Assembly (NCBI GenBank): GCA_965370295.1
Contig: CBDUSO010000002.1
Location: forward strand, 28,990 to 92,989
Reading direction: 5' to 3'
DNA from: an uncultured bacterium
GTDB taxonomy: Bacteria > Caldisericota > Caldisericia > JAAYUI01
Length of the DNA stretch: 64,000 nt
Shown here: in pieces, positions 7,701 to 16,732 of the stretch
How the letters are laid out: every line of letters starts with the position of its first letter
Numbering within the stretch: the stretch's first letter is position 1
Position numbers and translations under genes: made by a program
Notes under the pieces: model-generated
Told to the model about the DNA's origin: nothing
Databases searched by the model: none
Seen by the model: the letters and a program-made list of their open reading frames with translations, nothing else

Positions 7701-10514
7701 AGCACACTTGAATTCAACAAGTTCGGTTTCAACTCCACCGCGCCCACGCCAGAGAGTAACAAATGATGCTCTGTATGGATATGGCAATGTTCCTTCGGTG
7801 ATTGTAGTTCCGCGGTCAGTGTAATTTGAGATTGGGGCTTTCACCTCGGCAAGGAGTGCGGAGTGTGGGAAATAGGTTTCGTTTCTGGATTTATAAATTC
7901 GGTATGCCTGTGCGTATGGAACTGGATTCCAGCTGATATTCAATGCATTGTTCAGCTGTCCAGGAATAAAGTTTACCTTGATGGATTCTGAGAATTCACC
8001 CTCACCATATTCATTGATTGCGGTAACTTTTATCCACCATTCACCAGAGCCTGAGAGTGGAGTGTTCCCACCTAGGAGTGTGAATGTGTTTCCACGCAGG
8101 TAGGATGGGGGCTGTGGTGGTTCGAGAGTTGGAAGAATTCTTACGTTTGTCATGTCAAGTTTGGCGGTTGTTGTTCCGGCGGTTGCATATGGAACAATAA
8201 TTTTGTTTTCAATACGAGCCCAACCCTTTGTGAGGGTTGCACCGATAAGTGGGAAGTTGGTTGTGATTGGTTTGTTACCAAATGATGTTACACCAACGGG
8301 GACAAGACGACAATCGGATTGATCCGTAACCGGTCCACTCCCACCCGGTCCACCTGTGGTTCCATCAACAATTCCATCACCAATTACTCCACCACTCATA
8401 GGCGTCAGATCAAGATAAAGAAATTCGCCTGGATCATATTTGTTATTTACTGAGATGTTTTCGGTGTGCTTGATTTCAAAGTACTGCTCAACAAATGTTG
8501 GAGCTGGGTTATTTGAAGCATCCACTCCCATACTGTCTATACCAGTTCCCGTGTTGCAGAGTGCCGGCTCAACAAGCATCAATGGACCCTGTGGTGTCAT
8601 TAATGATCTAACATCAAGCTCACCTGCTTTAACCATTGATCCAGCCGAGTATACAACATGACTTAAACCAATGGACAGATTCACTTCAGTTAATCTTGTA
8701 TCACCAATTGAAACTGAACCTGACTGGTCATTGTCTCTGTACAACCATGAACCAAATACATAGTTATCGTCTGAAGTCGACGAGGATCTGATTCTATCAT
8801 AATAATATCTGTTTGAAACCTGGGTTGGGTTTGGAGAAGCTGTATTTGCAGATCCGTCATATGCTGGTGTAAACTGTCCACCACAATAGCTGGAGAATAA
8901 GGAATTGCTGTTCATCTCCATCTGGAAACGTTGTGGTACTGGATAGTAGTCACTCTGTCCTCTGATATCAACAACCATAAGCTCTGGAATTTGAGTTGGT
9001 GCTTTATTGAAATCAACCAACTGGTCACCATTGTCAGCGTGAGTGCTTTGAACAACAGACCCCTGTGCATAGGCAGATATTGACCAAGCCGATAACCTCA
9101 TATCACCAGGTTGTGGCATTGCATTTATTTGAACACCACCAGCTATAACATCAAACAGGAATCCCGTACGTCCATTGTTATTTCTGTATATTGGTTCACC
9201 TGGATCAAAAAATCCAACACCCTGAGTCTGGTTAACATCAAGGAAACCCTCTTCTTCACCAGTTGCTGTTTGGAAGCTAATCAACCTTGTACCGACATCT
9301 CTATCGGTTTGATTAACAACAGAACCTGCTGAATAAAAGAATGGAATTCCACCTTGAATCACGGTGACTGATGTCATTCTGGTGTCACCCGCATCAATGC
9401 TATATGTGGATGGTCCACCGTTTGGAGTTGGAGGGAAAGGCAATGTGGTGTCATACCCATCACGATAGATTGCTTCACCAGGATCATATTTACCCACAGT
9501 TGGACCGTCATCAACATGTCGCCAAACATATGCGGTTGTCAAATTGACGGACTGGTCAAATGAGTAAATCTGCAGTGGAATTGTGGTTGCAATTGGTCCT
9601 TCAAGATTTTCCATTCTGTCTCTGTAGTCGGGATCATTGAATGAAACTATTGAACCGGCAGGATAGTACACAACACCAGTTATCATAAGATCATTTCTTG
9701 AAATTGTATCTGAATGATCACGATCGTCCAACAGATAATCACCCTCGTTGTAGATGCCATCATGATTGACATCAAACATGACCAGCCTAACAAGAGACAG
9801 AGGAACTAGTGGATTGAGTGGACTTGGCACGCCAATACCACCACCGGTGCAGTTGTTACAATCGAGATCACCTGGAGCTACAATTGAGTTCTGCTTGGCA
9901 TCATTACCAAGAGTAAATGGATCCAATGTCGAATCTCCACCAAGAACTCCATGAATTACCATCAATCTTCGGTCACCAGGAGAGATACGACCATCATGAT
10001 CACGGTCTTCATATACCCATTCACCGGGATCAAACTGTCCATTGTTGCTTCTGGAATCACTCGGGTCAGTACTCAAACGCAGATAATCAAAACTCCTGTC
10101 AAAGAACTTCACATCAGACTGAACCGGCATCATGGAATATTCGGGCTTTGCTTCATATGTGTATGATGCCCTTACCATGTCTCCCTCACGGAGTGGGTCG
10201 GTGAAGTTTATATCTCCCGTTCCATAATTCAATTTATAATCTGCACCAATTAGTTTCTGTGGATTCACTGAAATAACAGACGACGAAACAAACTCTGGCA
10301 CAAGGGTTTCTTGTGGAAGAGTTACCGTGATGCTGTCCCTGTTTGCTTCAAGTGGACGATTCACATTGAATGAGATGTGGTATGATGCCATCTTTCCGGC
10401 TTTTTTGGGATATGGCACAACCTTGATGCTCTTTACATCGGCAGATGTATTTTGCACCATCACGAGTGGAACTATTAGACAAATTGTCAGAACGATTACA
10501 AGTAAACGTTTCAT
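4737..10514 (-). CDS. 1925-aa secreted surface (S-layer-like) protein: Ca-binding-like repeats, Fn3, tandem Ig-like domains, C-terminal stalk domain
   Basis: Signal peptide MKRLLVIVLTICLIVPLVMVQNTSA; repeated DxDxxG..GDxRL and (Y/F)DPGExxY motifs; four Big-like repeats (e.g. IVVTPGPTLALSPGTQQQFTAKA...FTW); C-terminal GRTYVGFR and GRTMVPMR; SD GAAAGGAG. Confidence 0.8.
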   Translation of the reverse strand: MKRLLVIVLTICLIVPLVMVQNTSADVKSIKVVPYPKKAGKMASYHISFNVNRPLEANRDSITVTLPQETLVPEFVSSSVISVNPQKLIGADYKLNYGTGDINFTDPLREGDMVRASYTYEAKPEYSMMPVQSDVKFFDRSFDYLRLSTDPSDSRSNNGQFDPGEWVYEDRDHDGRISPGDRRLMVIHGVLGGDSTLDPFTLGNDAKQNSIVAPGDLDCNNCTGGGIGVPSPLNPLVPLSLVRLVMFDVNHDGIYNEGDYLLDDRDHSDTISRNDLMITGVVYYPAGSIVSFNDPDYRDRMENLEGPIATTIPLQIYSFDQSVNLTTAYVWRHVDDGPTVGKYDPGEAIYRDGYDTTLPFPPTPNGGPSTYSIDAGDTRMTSVTVIQGGIPFFYSAGSVVNQTDRDVGTRLISFQTATGEEEGFLDVNQTQGVGFFDPGEPIYRNNNGRTGFLFDVIAGGVQINAMPQPGDMRLSAWSISAYAQGSVVQSTHADNGDQLVDFNKAPTQIPELMVVDIRGQSDYYPVPQRFQMEMNSNSLFSSYCGGQFTPAYDGSANTASPNPTQVSNRYYYDRIRSSSTSDDNYVFGSWLYRDNDQSGSVSIGDTRLTEVNLSIGLSHVVYSAGSMVKAGELDVRSLMTPQGPLMLVEPALCNTGTGIDSMGVDASNNPAPTFVEQYFEIKHTENISVNNKYDPGEFLYLDLTPMSGGVIGDGIVDGTTGGPGGSGPVTDQSDCRLVPVGVTSFGNKPITTNFPLIGATLTKGWARIENKIIVPYATAGTTTAKLDMTNVRILPTLEPPQPPSYLRGNTFTLLGGNTPLSGSGEWWIKVTAINEYGEGEFSESIKVNFIPGQLNNALNISWNPVPYAQAYRIYKSRNETYFPHSALLAEVKAPISNYTDRGTTITEGTLPYPYRASFVTLWRGRGGVETELVEFKCADYEINLDTGMISFRRDLKPYEIALANYRYADGKSQAGPSGDPCLTVGHKDENVYIDVQHGTGKLLHTPAVDPKIDPLHYCFRIWRAPTIDPKNPYLLRPGSDYTVNFETGEIKFSSHVIKSGDIITADYDSYEEVMGESLVEAVSSGVNSARCQAPVLPESYTISKAVALKSSPQIKITNGPNGHQLIFTTPVDIFVDPDNDQNTPDVVMTLNRPGRQFNVYDKGAVRNPQRSGSYQLWVSTSQEQTPIMSEPYEITADTTSANMKLKIISPSVPPQLETDPPCDCKDAAGTSGQVMSLAVLLTDGSNGIPGVYIRFQIDDTVNPPSTFSSANLVQTNDQGLASVVLNMSATPGVTRVKVYLQDDPSVCRCVNINTGPPVMVDRIVVTPGPTLALSPGTQQQFTAKAFKANGAQIPGVEFTWASDCGNITQAGVYTAPLDAGLTCHVYARAHGREGSTTVSIVSRPSRITVNPPSAIVATGSQKLFTAQPYDNMGNPMNIPINWSIEPAGLGVFAPDGTFTAGNIAGTGTVKACSAGVCGTAMITIQSAGNIKLVKVTPEKVTMKIGQTQQFVARAIDENGFEVSGANFTWTVNPPSMGTLSSNGLFIASSPGVAVIIVQSGTVTGMAIVNVVEIARIELNPSGTVKVQTGQTQHFTAAAYNTAGAAIPGMDFKWTLSPGSIGTLGPSVAGSSALFTATGMTGQTGVVMVEAAGLSATAQIIIGASDSIPPVVTPAPDSGIKDGETALVGTGQIKVKVSDSEGVASVTVNGIPATPDGQGNWVATVNVNKGANQFTIKAKDVNGNEKTETIVAYGSSIVEMVVNIDTTQPYALVTDDGRTQNVKLNTVPEIYQGRTYVGFRDLGEKLFKGNVGYTTSPSTGKVESVTITIPRSNGDIDELVAFIGQRDFRITRTSKDGTRVVDDFVLENPPYIGQASTKSNPQNYGRTMVPMREFIEAVVGKAIPATGENSVDFNASTRDATFRYLP

Positions 10515-10537
10515 GTTACTTGCTCCTTTCTACTACA

Positions 10538-10556
10538 TGCAACACCTTGTGTTGCA
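10538..10556. promoter_or_regulatory. Inverted repeat TGCAACAC-N3-GTGTTGCA, candidate operator upstream of the giant surface protein
   Basis: Perfect 8-bp arms, about 25 nt upstream of the ATG at 10514, with no U-tail. Confidence 0.45.
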
Positions 10557-10592
10557 AATCTCAATTGCTCTTTATTATCGCTTGAAACTACA

Positions 10593-11996
10593 TTAAATCT
10601 CATGGCCTGGTTCAAGCTCCTTTAAATCAATGCTGTATTCCTGGATTTTTGTGTAAAGAGACCGCCTGGGAATACCCAACATCAGGGCGGCTTTTGTTCG
10701 ATTGCCTTTTGATTCTTTCAAGGCTCTTCTTATGAGTCCAGCTTCCAGCTCACCAACTGCATCGTGCAGTTTTGGAAGCTCACCTTTTCTTTGGAACATG
10801 GGGTCGCGGGCTTTATAGTTGATGACTGTGTGGGGAAGATATTCTGGAAGTATGAGTGGGGAGTTCGCGATTATCACAGCTCTTGCAACCGCATTTTCAA
10901 GTTCACGGACATTGCCCGGCCAGTCGTATCCTTTGAACAATTTGATTGCCTGGGGTGAAATGCCGGCGATTATTTTGTCATATTTTTTGCAATATTTTTT
11001 TACGAAGTGGTCGATAAGGTCTTCGAGGTCGTCCTTGCGTTCTCGGAGAGGAGGAAGTGTGATTGTCATAACGTTCAGTCGGTAATATAAATCTTCTCTG
11101 AATTGTTTTGTTTTCACCAGCGTTTCGAGGTCCTGGTTGGTGGCTGCCAAAATTCTTGCTTCAGATGTGAACATGTGCTTTCCACCCACTCGCTCAAAAG
11201 ATTTATCCTGGAGAACTCTGAGAACTTTTGACTGGAGTGAGAGTGCCATATCACCGATTTCATCGAGGAAAATTGTTCCATCATCCGCCTGCTCAAATTT
11301 TCCTTTGTGCAAGGCGATGGCATCTGTGAATGCTCCCTTTTCGTGACCAAAGAGTTCTGATTCAAGCAACCCCTCAGGGATTGCGGCACAGTTGATGGCG
11401 ACAAAGGGTCTTTCTCTTCGGTCGGAATTCAGGAAAATTGCACGAGCAACGACTTCTTTACCAGTTCCCGATTCACCACGGATGAGAACGGTTGCATCTG
11501 ATGCGGCAATTCTACCGATTGACTTATAAACTTGTTGCATAGCAGACGAACTGCCTATTAATTCTTCGAGGCGGTAGCTAGCTGTCAACCCGGTTTTTAG
11601 GGTGAAAACTTCAGCTGTGAGTTCCCGAAGTTTGAGTGCTTTTTTGATCTGGAGTCGCATCTCTTCAATGTCGAAGGGTTTGGTGATGTAGTCATACGCT
11701 CCCTGTTTCATGGCTTCTATGGCAACATCTGAAGAGCCATATGCAGTCATCAGGATTACGGGGACATCGATGCCGGCGGCTTTCATCTTGCCAAATGTCG
11801 TGATGCCGTCCATCTCAGGCATTCTAACATCCATTACGATAGCATCGGGGTGTTCTTTTTTTGCGGTAGCCAATGCTTCCTTGCCGTCTGAGGCAAAAAC
11901 AACACGCCAACCCTCATCCACGCAGATCTCACCAAGAAGGTCTCTTATCCCCTCTTCGTCATCCGCAATTAAAACTGTTCGCTTTTTTACAGCCAT
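10593..11996 (-). CDS. Sigma54-dependent response regulator (NtrC/AtoC family: REC-AAA+-Fis HTH)
   Basis: LIADDE...MDVRMPEMDG receiver; GESGTGKE Walker A; ESELFGHEKGAFTDA; FLDEIGD; FREDLYYRLNV; WPGNVREL; GNRTKAALMLGI. Confidence 0.95.
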   Translation of the reverse strand: MAVKKRTVLIADDEEGIRDLLGEICVDEGWRVVFASDGKEALATAKKEHPDAIVMDVRMPEMDGITTFGKMKAAGIDVPVILMTAYGSSDVAIEAMKQGAYDYITKPFDIEEMRLQIKKALKLRELTAEVFTLKTGLTASYRLEELIGSSSAMQQVYKSIGRIAASDATVLIRGESGTGKEVVARAIFLNSDRRERPFVAINCAAIPEGLLESELFGHEKGAFTDAIALHKGKFEQADDGTIFLDEIGDMALSLQSKVLRVLQDKSFERVGGKHMFTSEARILAATNQDLETLVKTKQFREDLYYRLNVMTITLPPLRERKDDLEDLIDHFVKKYCKKYDKIIAGISPQAIKLFKGYDWPGNVRELENAVARAVIIANSPLILPEYLPHTVINYKARDPMFQRKGELPKLHDAVGELEAGLIRRALKESKGNRTKAALMLGIPRRSLYTKIQEYSIDLKELEPGHEI

Positions 11997-12034
11997 TCAC
12001 CCCTCGGTTAGAATATATACTTCATATCGGGTGA

Positions 12035-12063
12035 AGTCTAACAAGTAATAACACGATTGTCAA
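12035..12063 (-). promoter_or_regulatory. Sigma70-type promoter for the response regulator
   Basis: Minus strand TTGACA-17 bp-TAGACT, about 40 nt upstream of ATG 11996. Confidence 0.7.
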
Positions 12064-12622
12064 CCCCTTTTAAAAATAATTGTGTGATAATGACTCATGT
12101 AATATTCACCCAATTAACATAAATAGCTGTATTCATGGCGTTTCTCTATGTGAAAAGAGTTCCCAATTAATGGATGTTTTTTCAATATTGACACAAAATA
12201 TTATAGGAAAATCCAGTCATCTTTAATTCGACTCATCGAATGTGATATATTTTCACACTGTATAGAATCCGTAATATATCAATATTTGAAGTTGTTACTA
12301 ATGTATTTGGTACTAAATACGATATTCATGTTGTCGTTAGCACTATACAGGTATTTTATCTAGGTTTACCCTCAAAACTATGAGTTCATCCATGGACAAC
12401 AGACGCTGGTTTTTTCAACATAATATCATATCCAGAATAAGATACAGCAACCATACACATTTGATAAAATTATTTCTGATTGGCATAAATAGTAGCCTTG
12501 ATACATCAGTGTTTGTTCCAAAATAATGAAACCAAATTCCCAAACTATACACAAATATTACCCTAACAAGAGATAATAACATTTTTTGATTTGTCTGATT
12601 TGAAGACTTTAAAAAATCCAAT

Positions 12623-12657
12623 AAAAAAACCGACAAACCACAACGATTTGCCGGTTT
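12623..12657 (-). terminator. Rho-independent terminator of the fab/acc operon
   Basis: Minus strand AAACCGGCAAATC-loop-GGTTTGTCGGTTT followed by a T run, just past the accA stop. Confidence 0.6.
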
Positions 12658-12679
12658 ATAAAAAACTGTCTAGTTCAAA

Positions 12680-13627
12680 CTAAGCTAGCTTTGGTGGGAG
12701 ATTCTTGTATTTATTGTAGCGATAATCAGTGATTGATTCTTCCAGGGCGACCAGTTTAGAGATGTTTTTCTTGATTGCATTCTTGACAAACTGCATTGCT
12801 TTGACTGGTGAACGATGAGCTCCACCCACCGGCTCTTCGATTATCTCGTCGATGAGACCAAGACCAAAAAGGTCTTTTGAGGTCAGCTTCAACATCTCAG
12901 CGGTTTCTTTGAATCTTGAACCATCTCTGAACAAGATTGAAGCACAACCCTCTGGTGAAATGACTGAATACATAGAGTTCTTCATCATCAGTACCTTGTC
13001 ACCAACACCAATTCCGAGAGCTCCACCTGAGCCACCCTCACCAATCACAACGGTGATGATTGGAACATTCAAACCGAACATATCCCGAATATTGACAGCG
13101 ATTGCTTCTGCTTGTCCACGTTCCTCAGCACCGATTCCGGGGTATGCCCCTGGAGTATCGAGCATTGTGATGATTGGAGCTTTAAATTTGTCAGCAAGCT
13201 CCATCACTCGCATCGCTTTGCGGTATCCCTCAGGGGATGCCATTCCAAAATTATTCTGGAGGTTTTCTTTGGCATTTCTGCCACGGCTCTGACCGATGAT
13301 GAAAACCGTCTGACCATCAAGTGTCCCGACCGATGTCCACATTGCTTTGTCATCACCATATTTTCTGTCTCCGTGAAGTGTGATATAATCAGGGGTGAGG
13401 AAACGAACATGGTCGATCAGCTTTGGCCTGGTTACATGTCTTGCAACTTGAACAATCTGGTACGGGGTCAGGTTGCTGTAGATTTCTTTCAGCTTTTCTT
13501 CAATCTCACCTTTCACGGCAGAGATTGATTTGCTCAAATTCATCGAACGGGAGATTGCCTGTTTTCTGAAATCTTCCAGCTTGGCTTCAAGCTCAATCAC
13601 AGGTTTTTCAAAGTTGAGGTGTACCAT
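12680..13627 (-). CDS. accA: Acetyl-CoA carboxylase carboxyltransferase alpha subunit
   Basis: LHGDRKYGDD, FGMASPEGYRKA, DTPGAYPGIGAEERGQ, GEGGSGGAL, YSVISPEGCASIL. Confidence 0.97.
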   Translation of the reverse strand: MVHLNFEKPVIELEAKLEDFRKQAISRSMNLSKSISAVKGEIEEKLKEIYSNLTPYQIVQVARHVTRPKLIDHVRFLTPDYITLHGDRKYGDDKAMWTSVGTLDGQTVFIIGQSRGRNAKENLQNNFGMASPEGYRKAMRVMELADKFKAPIITMLDTPGAYPGIGAEERGQAEAIAVNIRDMFGLNVPIITVVIGEGGSGGALGIGVGDKVLMMKNSMYSVISPEGCASILFRDGSRFKETAEMLKLTSKDLFGLGLIDEIIEEPVGGAHRSPVKAMQFVKNAIKKNISKLVALEESITDYRYNKYKNLPPKLA

Positions 13628-14466
13628 CAGGAATCCTCCTTCAGGGGTATCCCCTTAAACATTGAAAGAAGTTTTCCAAGCATCCATTTCAGATTTTTTC
13701 TGTCAACGACCTTGTCCACAAATCCTTTTTCAAGAAGGAACTCTGCACGTTGGAAGTTTTTTGGGAGTTTTTGTTTGATGGTTTGTTCGATGACACGAGG
13801 TCCTGCAAACCCAATCAAGGCTCCTGTTTCTGAGATGATGATGTCTCCCTGCATCGCAAATGAAGCTGAAACTCCACCGGTGCAAGGATGGGCAATTGCC
13901 GAGATAAACAATCCTCCATCATCCTGGAATCTCTTTATCGCACCAGAGAGCCTGGCAAGTTGCATGAGTGCAAACACCGACTCCTGCATTCTGGCTCCAC
14001 CTGATTGAGCAAGAATAATCATTGGAATTTTTTGTTCACGGGCATATTCAGCAAGTCTCAGAACTTTTTCACCAACAACAGTTCCCATCGAACCACCAAT
14101 GAAGTCAAAATTCATCACACCAAGGGCAACATCTATCTCATGAATCTTTGCTCTTCCTGTGATTATTGCATCCTTCTCACCAGTTTTTTCCTGATACTTT
14201 ATGATTCGTTCAGAGTAGGGCATTGAGTCAGAAAAACCGATGAGGTCTTTTGAAACCAGGTTTCCCCAGAATTCCTCAAAACCATTTTTATCTGTCATCA
14301 AGGTGATTCGTTCACGGACAGGCATTCGACCATGAAAACCACACTTTGGACAGACGTAGAGATTCTTTTTGAAAACTTCTACCTCAACCGACCTGCCACA
14401 ACCCTTACACTTGATTGCTTCCGGCTTCTCAATTGGTTTTGTTTCAGCTACCTTTGGAGTGGTCAT
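13627..14466 (-). CDS. accD: Acetyl-CoA carboxylase carboxyltransferase beta subunit (start moved to the ATG overlapping the fabF stop)
   Basis: Zn ribbon CKGC...CPKC, FIGGSMGTVVGEK, SGGARMQE, GFAGPRVIEQTI, FQRAEFL; TGATG coupling at 14464-14468. Confidence 0.96.
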   Translation of the reverse strand: MTTPKVAETKPIEKPEAIKCKGCGRSVEVEVFKKNLYVCPKCGFHGRMPVRERITLMTDKNGFEEFWGNLVSKDLIGFSDSMPYSERIIKYQEKTGEKDAIITGRAKIHEIDVALGVMNFDFIGGSMGTVVGEKVLRLAEYAREQKIPMIILAQSGGARMQESVFALMQLARLSGAIKRFQDDGGLFISAIAHPCTGGVSASFAMQGDIIISETGALIGFAGPRVIEQTIKQKLPKNFQRAEFLLEKGFVDKVVDRKNLKWMLGKLLSMFKGIPLKEDS

Positions 14467-15698
14467 CAGTCCACTCTCCCAAACGCCAGGCAACAGTTGT
14501 GTCCGCCGAACCCAAAGGAGTTTGAGAGGGCATATCTGATTTTTCTGTTTTCAGGTTTTGTTACGATGTTGAGTTTGAAATCTGGTTCTGGTTCTTCAAA
14601 GTTTAGTGATGCGTGAATGAATTCATTCTTTATCTGAAGGGCAACTGCTGCCGCTTCAACCGCACCTGCTGCACCCAGAAGATGTCCAACCATCGACTTG
14701 GTTGAGTTCACTGCAACTTCAGATATTCGAGAACCGAAAACCTCAGCGATTGCTTTTGATTCAACTCTGTCATTTAGTGGGGTGGATGTCCCGTGAGCGT
14801 TGACGTAGTCTACCTCTTCGAGCTTTATTCCAGCTTTTTTCATTGCGATGGTCATGCACTTTTTAGCACCCCAACCCTCAGGATCAGGAGCTGTGATGTG
14901 GTGAGCATCTGTGGAATATCCAACAGATTTTATTTCGCAATAGATGTTTGCACCACGGGCTTTGGCATGTTCGAGTTCTTCAAGAATCAGAACAACTCCA
15001 CCTTCACCCATTATGAATCCATCGCGGTCTTTATCGAATGGTCTGGAAGCGTGTTCTGGATCGTCATTTCTGGTGGAGAGTGCTCTCATGTTTGCAAAGC
15101 CTGCAATCCCGAGCGGGATGAGCGAGGCTTCTGATCCACCTGCAAACATCATGTCGGCATCGCCTCTTCTGATTAACTCAGCGGCTTCACCGATTGCATA
15201 GTTTGAGGTGGCACATGCTGTGACCACATTTGACGAGGGACCTCTGAGACCAAATCTGATTGAGACCTGGGCTGATGGCATGTTACCAATCATCATCGGG
15301 ATGAAGTATGGGGACACTCTTCTTGCACCCTTTTTGTCCATCGCTTTGATGTTTTTTTCAATTGTTTGGAGTCCACCGATTCCTGTTGAGATAAGTGTTC
15401 CAACTCGGTCGCGGTCGATTCCGTCCCAACTGTCGATTCCGTCTTTTACGGCAAGATCAGCTGCTGCAAGTGCAAATTGGGTAACCGGATCAATCTTTGG
15501 AATCTCCCTTGAGTCGATGTAATCCTTGGGATCAAAGCCCTTTAACTGAGCTCCAATTGTAACCCTGAGATCACTGGTATCAAAACCCTCAAGCGTGGCA
15601 ACACCATTTTTCCCGGCTTTTAATGCACTCCAAAACTCGTCTTTACCGGTTCCAATCGGGGTCAAAGCTCCAATCCCGGTTATGACAATCCTTTTCAT
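14466..15698 (-). CDS. fabF: Beta-ketoacyl-ACP synthase II
   Basis: RIVITGIGA, TACATS catalytic Cys, NAHGTST, KSMVGHLLGAAG, NSFGFGGHN. Confidence 0.97.
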   Translation of the reverse strand: MKRIVITGIGALTPIGTGKDEFWSALKAGKNGVATLEGFDTSDLRVTIGAQLKGFDPKDYIDSREIPKIDPVTQFALAAADLAVKDGIDSWDGIDRDRVGTLISTGIGGLQTIEKNIKAMDKKGARRVSPYFIPMMIGNMPSAQVSIRFGLRGPSSNVVTACATSNYAIGEAAELIRRGDADMMFAGGSEASLIPLGIAGFANMRALSTRNDDPEHASRPFDKDRDGFIMGEGGVVLILEELEHAKARGANIYCEIKSVGYSTDAHHITAPDPEGWGAKKCMTIAMKKAGIKLEEVDYVNAHGTSTPLNDRVESKAIAEVFGSRISEVAVNSTKSMVGHLLGAAGAVEAAAVALQIKNEFIHASLNFEEPEPDFKLNIVTKPENRKIRYALSNSFGFGGHNCCLAFGRVD

Positions 15699-15707
15699 GA
15701 TTCTGCT

Positions 15708-15950
15708 CTACGCTATTTTCTCTTTGACATAGTCAATTGCAGCCTGGACTGTTGAGATTTTGGGGAGGTCTTCATCTGGGATGGTTACGTCAAACTTGTC
15801 CTCAAGCTCCATTGTAACATCGACTAAGCCAAGAGAATCTGCACCGAGGTCTTCCATAAACTTTGACTCGAGTTTAATCTTGCCAACTTCAACACCAAGT
15901 TTGTCCACGATGATTTCTTTCATCTGCTCAAAAATTTCATTGTCTGTCAT
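15708..15950 (-). CDS. acpP: Acyl carrier protein
   Basis: DLGADSL phosphopantetheine site; 80-aa acidic protein between fabG and fabF. Confidence 0.96.
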   Translation of the reverse strand: MTDNEIFEQMKEIIVDKLGVEVGKIKLESKFMEDLGADSLGLVDVTMELEDKFDVTIPDEDLPKISTVQAAIDYVKEKIA

Positions 15951-15979
15951 TTCGTTATACTCCTTTTTAAGTATTTTTT

Positions 15980-16732
15980 TTAGGATAATCCGCCGTCTAT
16001 CGTTATTACTGCACCGTTTATGTAGCCACCCTCAGGTCCTGCCAGGAAGGCTACGGTGTTTGCAATATCTGCTGGAGTTCCAAATCTTTTCAGTGGAATC
16101 TTTGAAAGATAATCACTCCTTACCTCTTCTGTCAAGGCTTTTGTCATTGGGGTTTCAATAAATCCGGGGGCGATTGCGTTACAGGTGATATTTCTTGCTC
16201 CCATTTCTTTTGCCACCGATTTTGAGAATGCGATCATTCCTGCTTTTGAAGCGGCATAGTTTGCCTGTCCAGGATTTCCCATTATTCCAATCACAGATGA
16301 GATATTTATTATTCGACCACTACTCTTCATCAAAGCCCTTAGAGCAGATTTCGTGCAGTTGAAACATCCGGTCAAATTCACATCGATGACCTTTCTCCAA
16401 TCGCTTTCTTTCATCCTGAGCAAGAGTTTGTCGGCTGTGATGCCGGCATTGTTTACAAGAATATCCACACTACCAAACTCAGAGACTACCTCTTTTACCA
16501 TCTCCTCACAGGATTCAAGACTGGAGACATCAGCTTCTACAAGGATTGATTTTGAACCCAATTCGGAGATAAGCTTTGCAGTTTCCTGAGCATTTTCGAG
16601 TTCTCCTGTGAATGGATAATTTATAACAACTATTGCACCATCTGAGGCAAGCCTCAAGGCAATCTCTCTACCGATTCCTCGTGAGGCACCAGTTACTATC
16701 GCAACTTTTCCTTCAAGTGATTTTTTTACCAT
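15980..16732 (-). CDS. fabG: 3-oxoacyl-ACP reductase
   Basis: TGASRGIG, NNAGIT, GNPGQANYAASKAG, APGFIETPMT. Confidence 0.96.
   Translation of the reverse strand: MVKKSLEGKVAIVTGASRGIGREIALRLASDGAIVVINYPFTGELENAQETAKLISELGSKSILVEADVSSLESCEEMVKEVVSEFGSVDILVNNAGITADKLLLRMKESDWRKVIDVNLTGCFNCTKSALRALMKSSGRIINISSVIGIMGNPGQANYAASKAGMIAFSKSVAKEMGARNITCNAIAPGFIETPMTKALTEEVRSDYLSKIPLKRFGTPADIANTVAFLAGPEGGYINGAVITIDGGLS

Noticed and set aside
10515-10592. Sigma54 -24/-12 promoter upstream of the giant surface gene
   Set aside because: No GG-N10-GC with TGGCAC/TTGC context is present
12241-12257. TGTGA-N7-TCACA as a CRP/Rex box
   Set aside because: The spacer is 7 nt rather than 6, and the AT-rich context makes a chance match likely
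12415-12636. 73-aa ORF in the AT-rich gap after accA
   Set aside because: Starts within the terminator hairpin, has no SD and no recognisable motif
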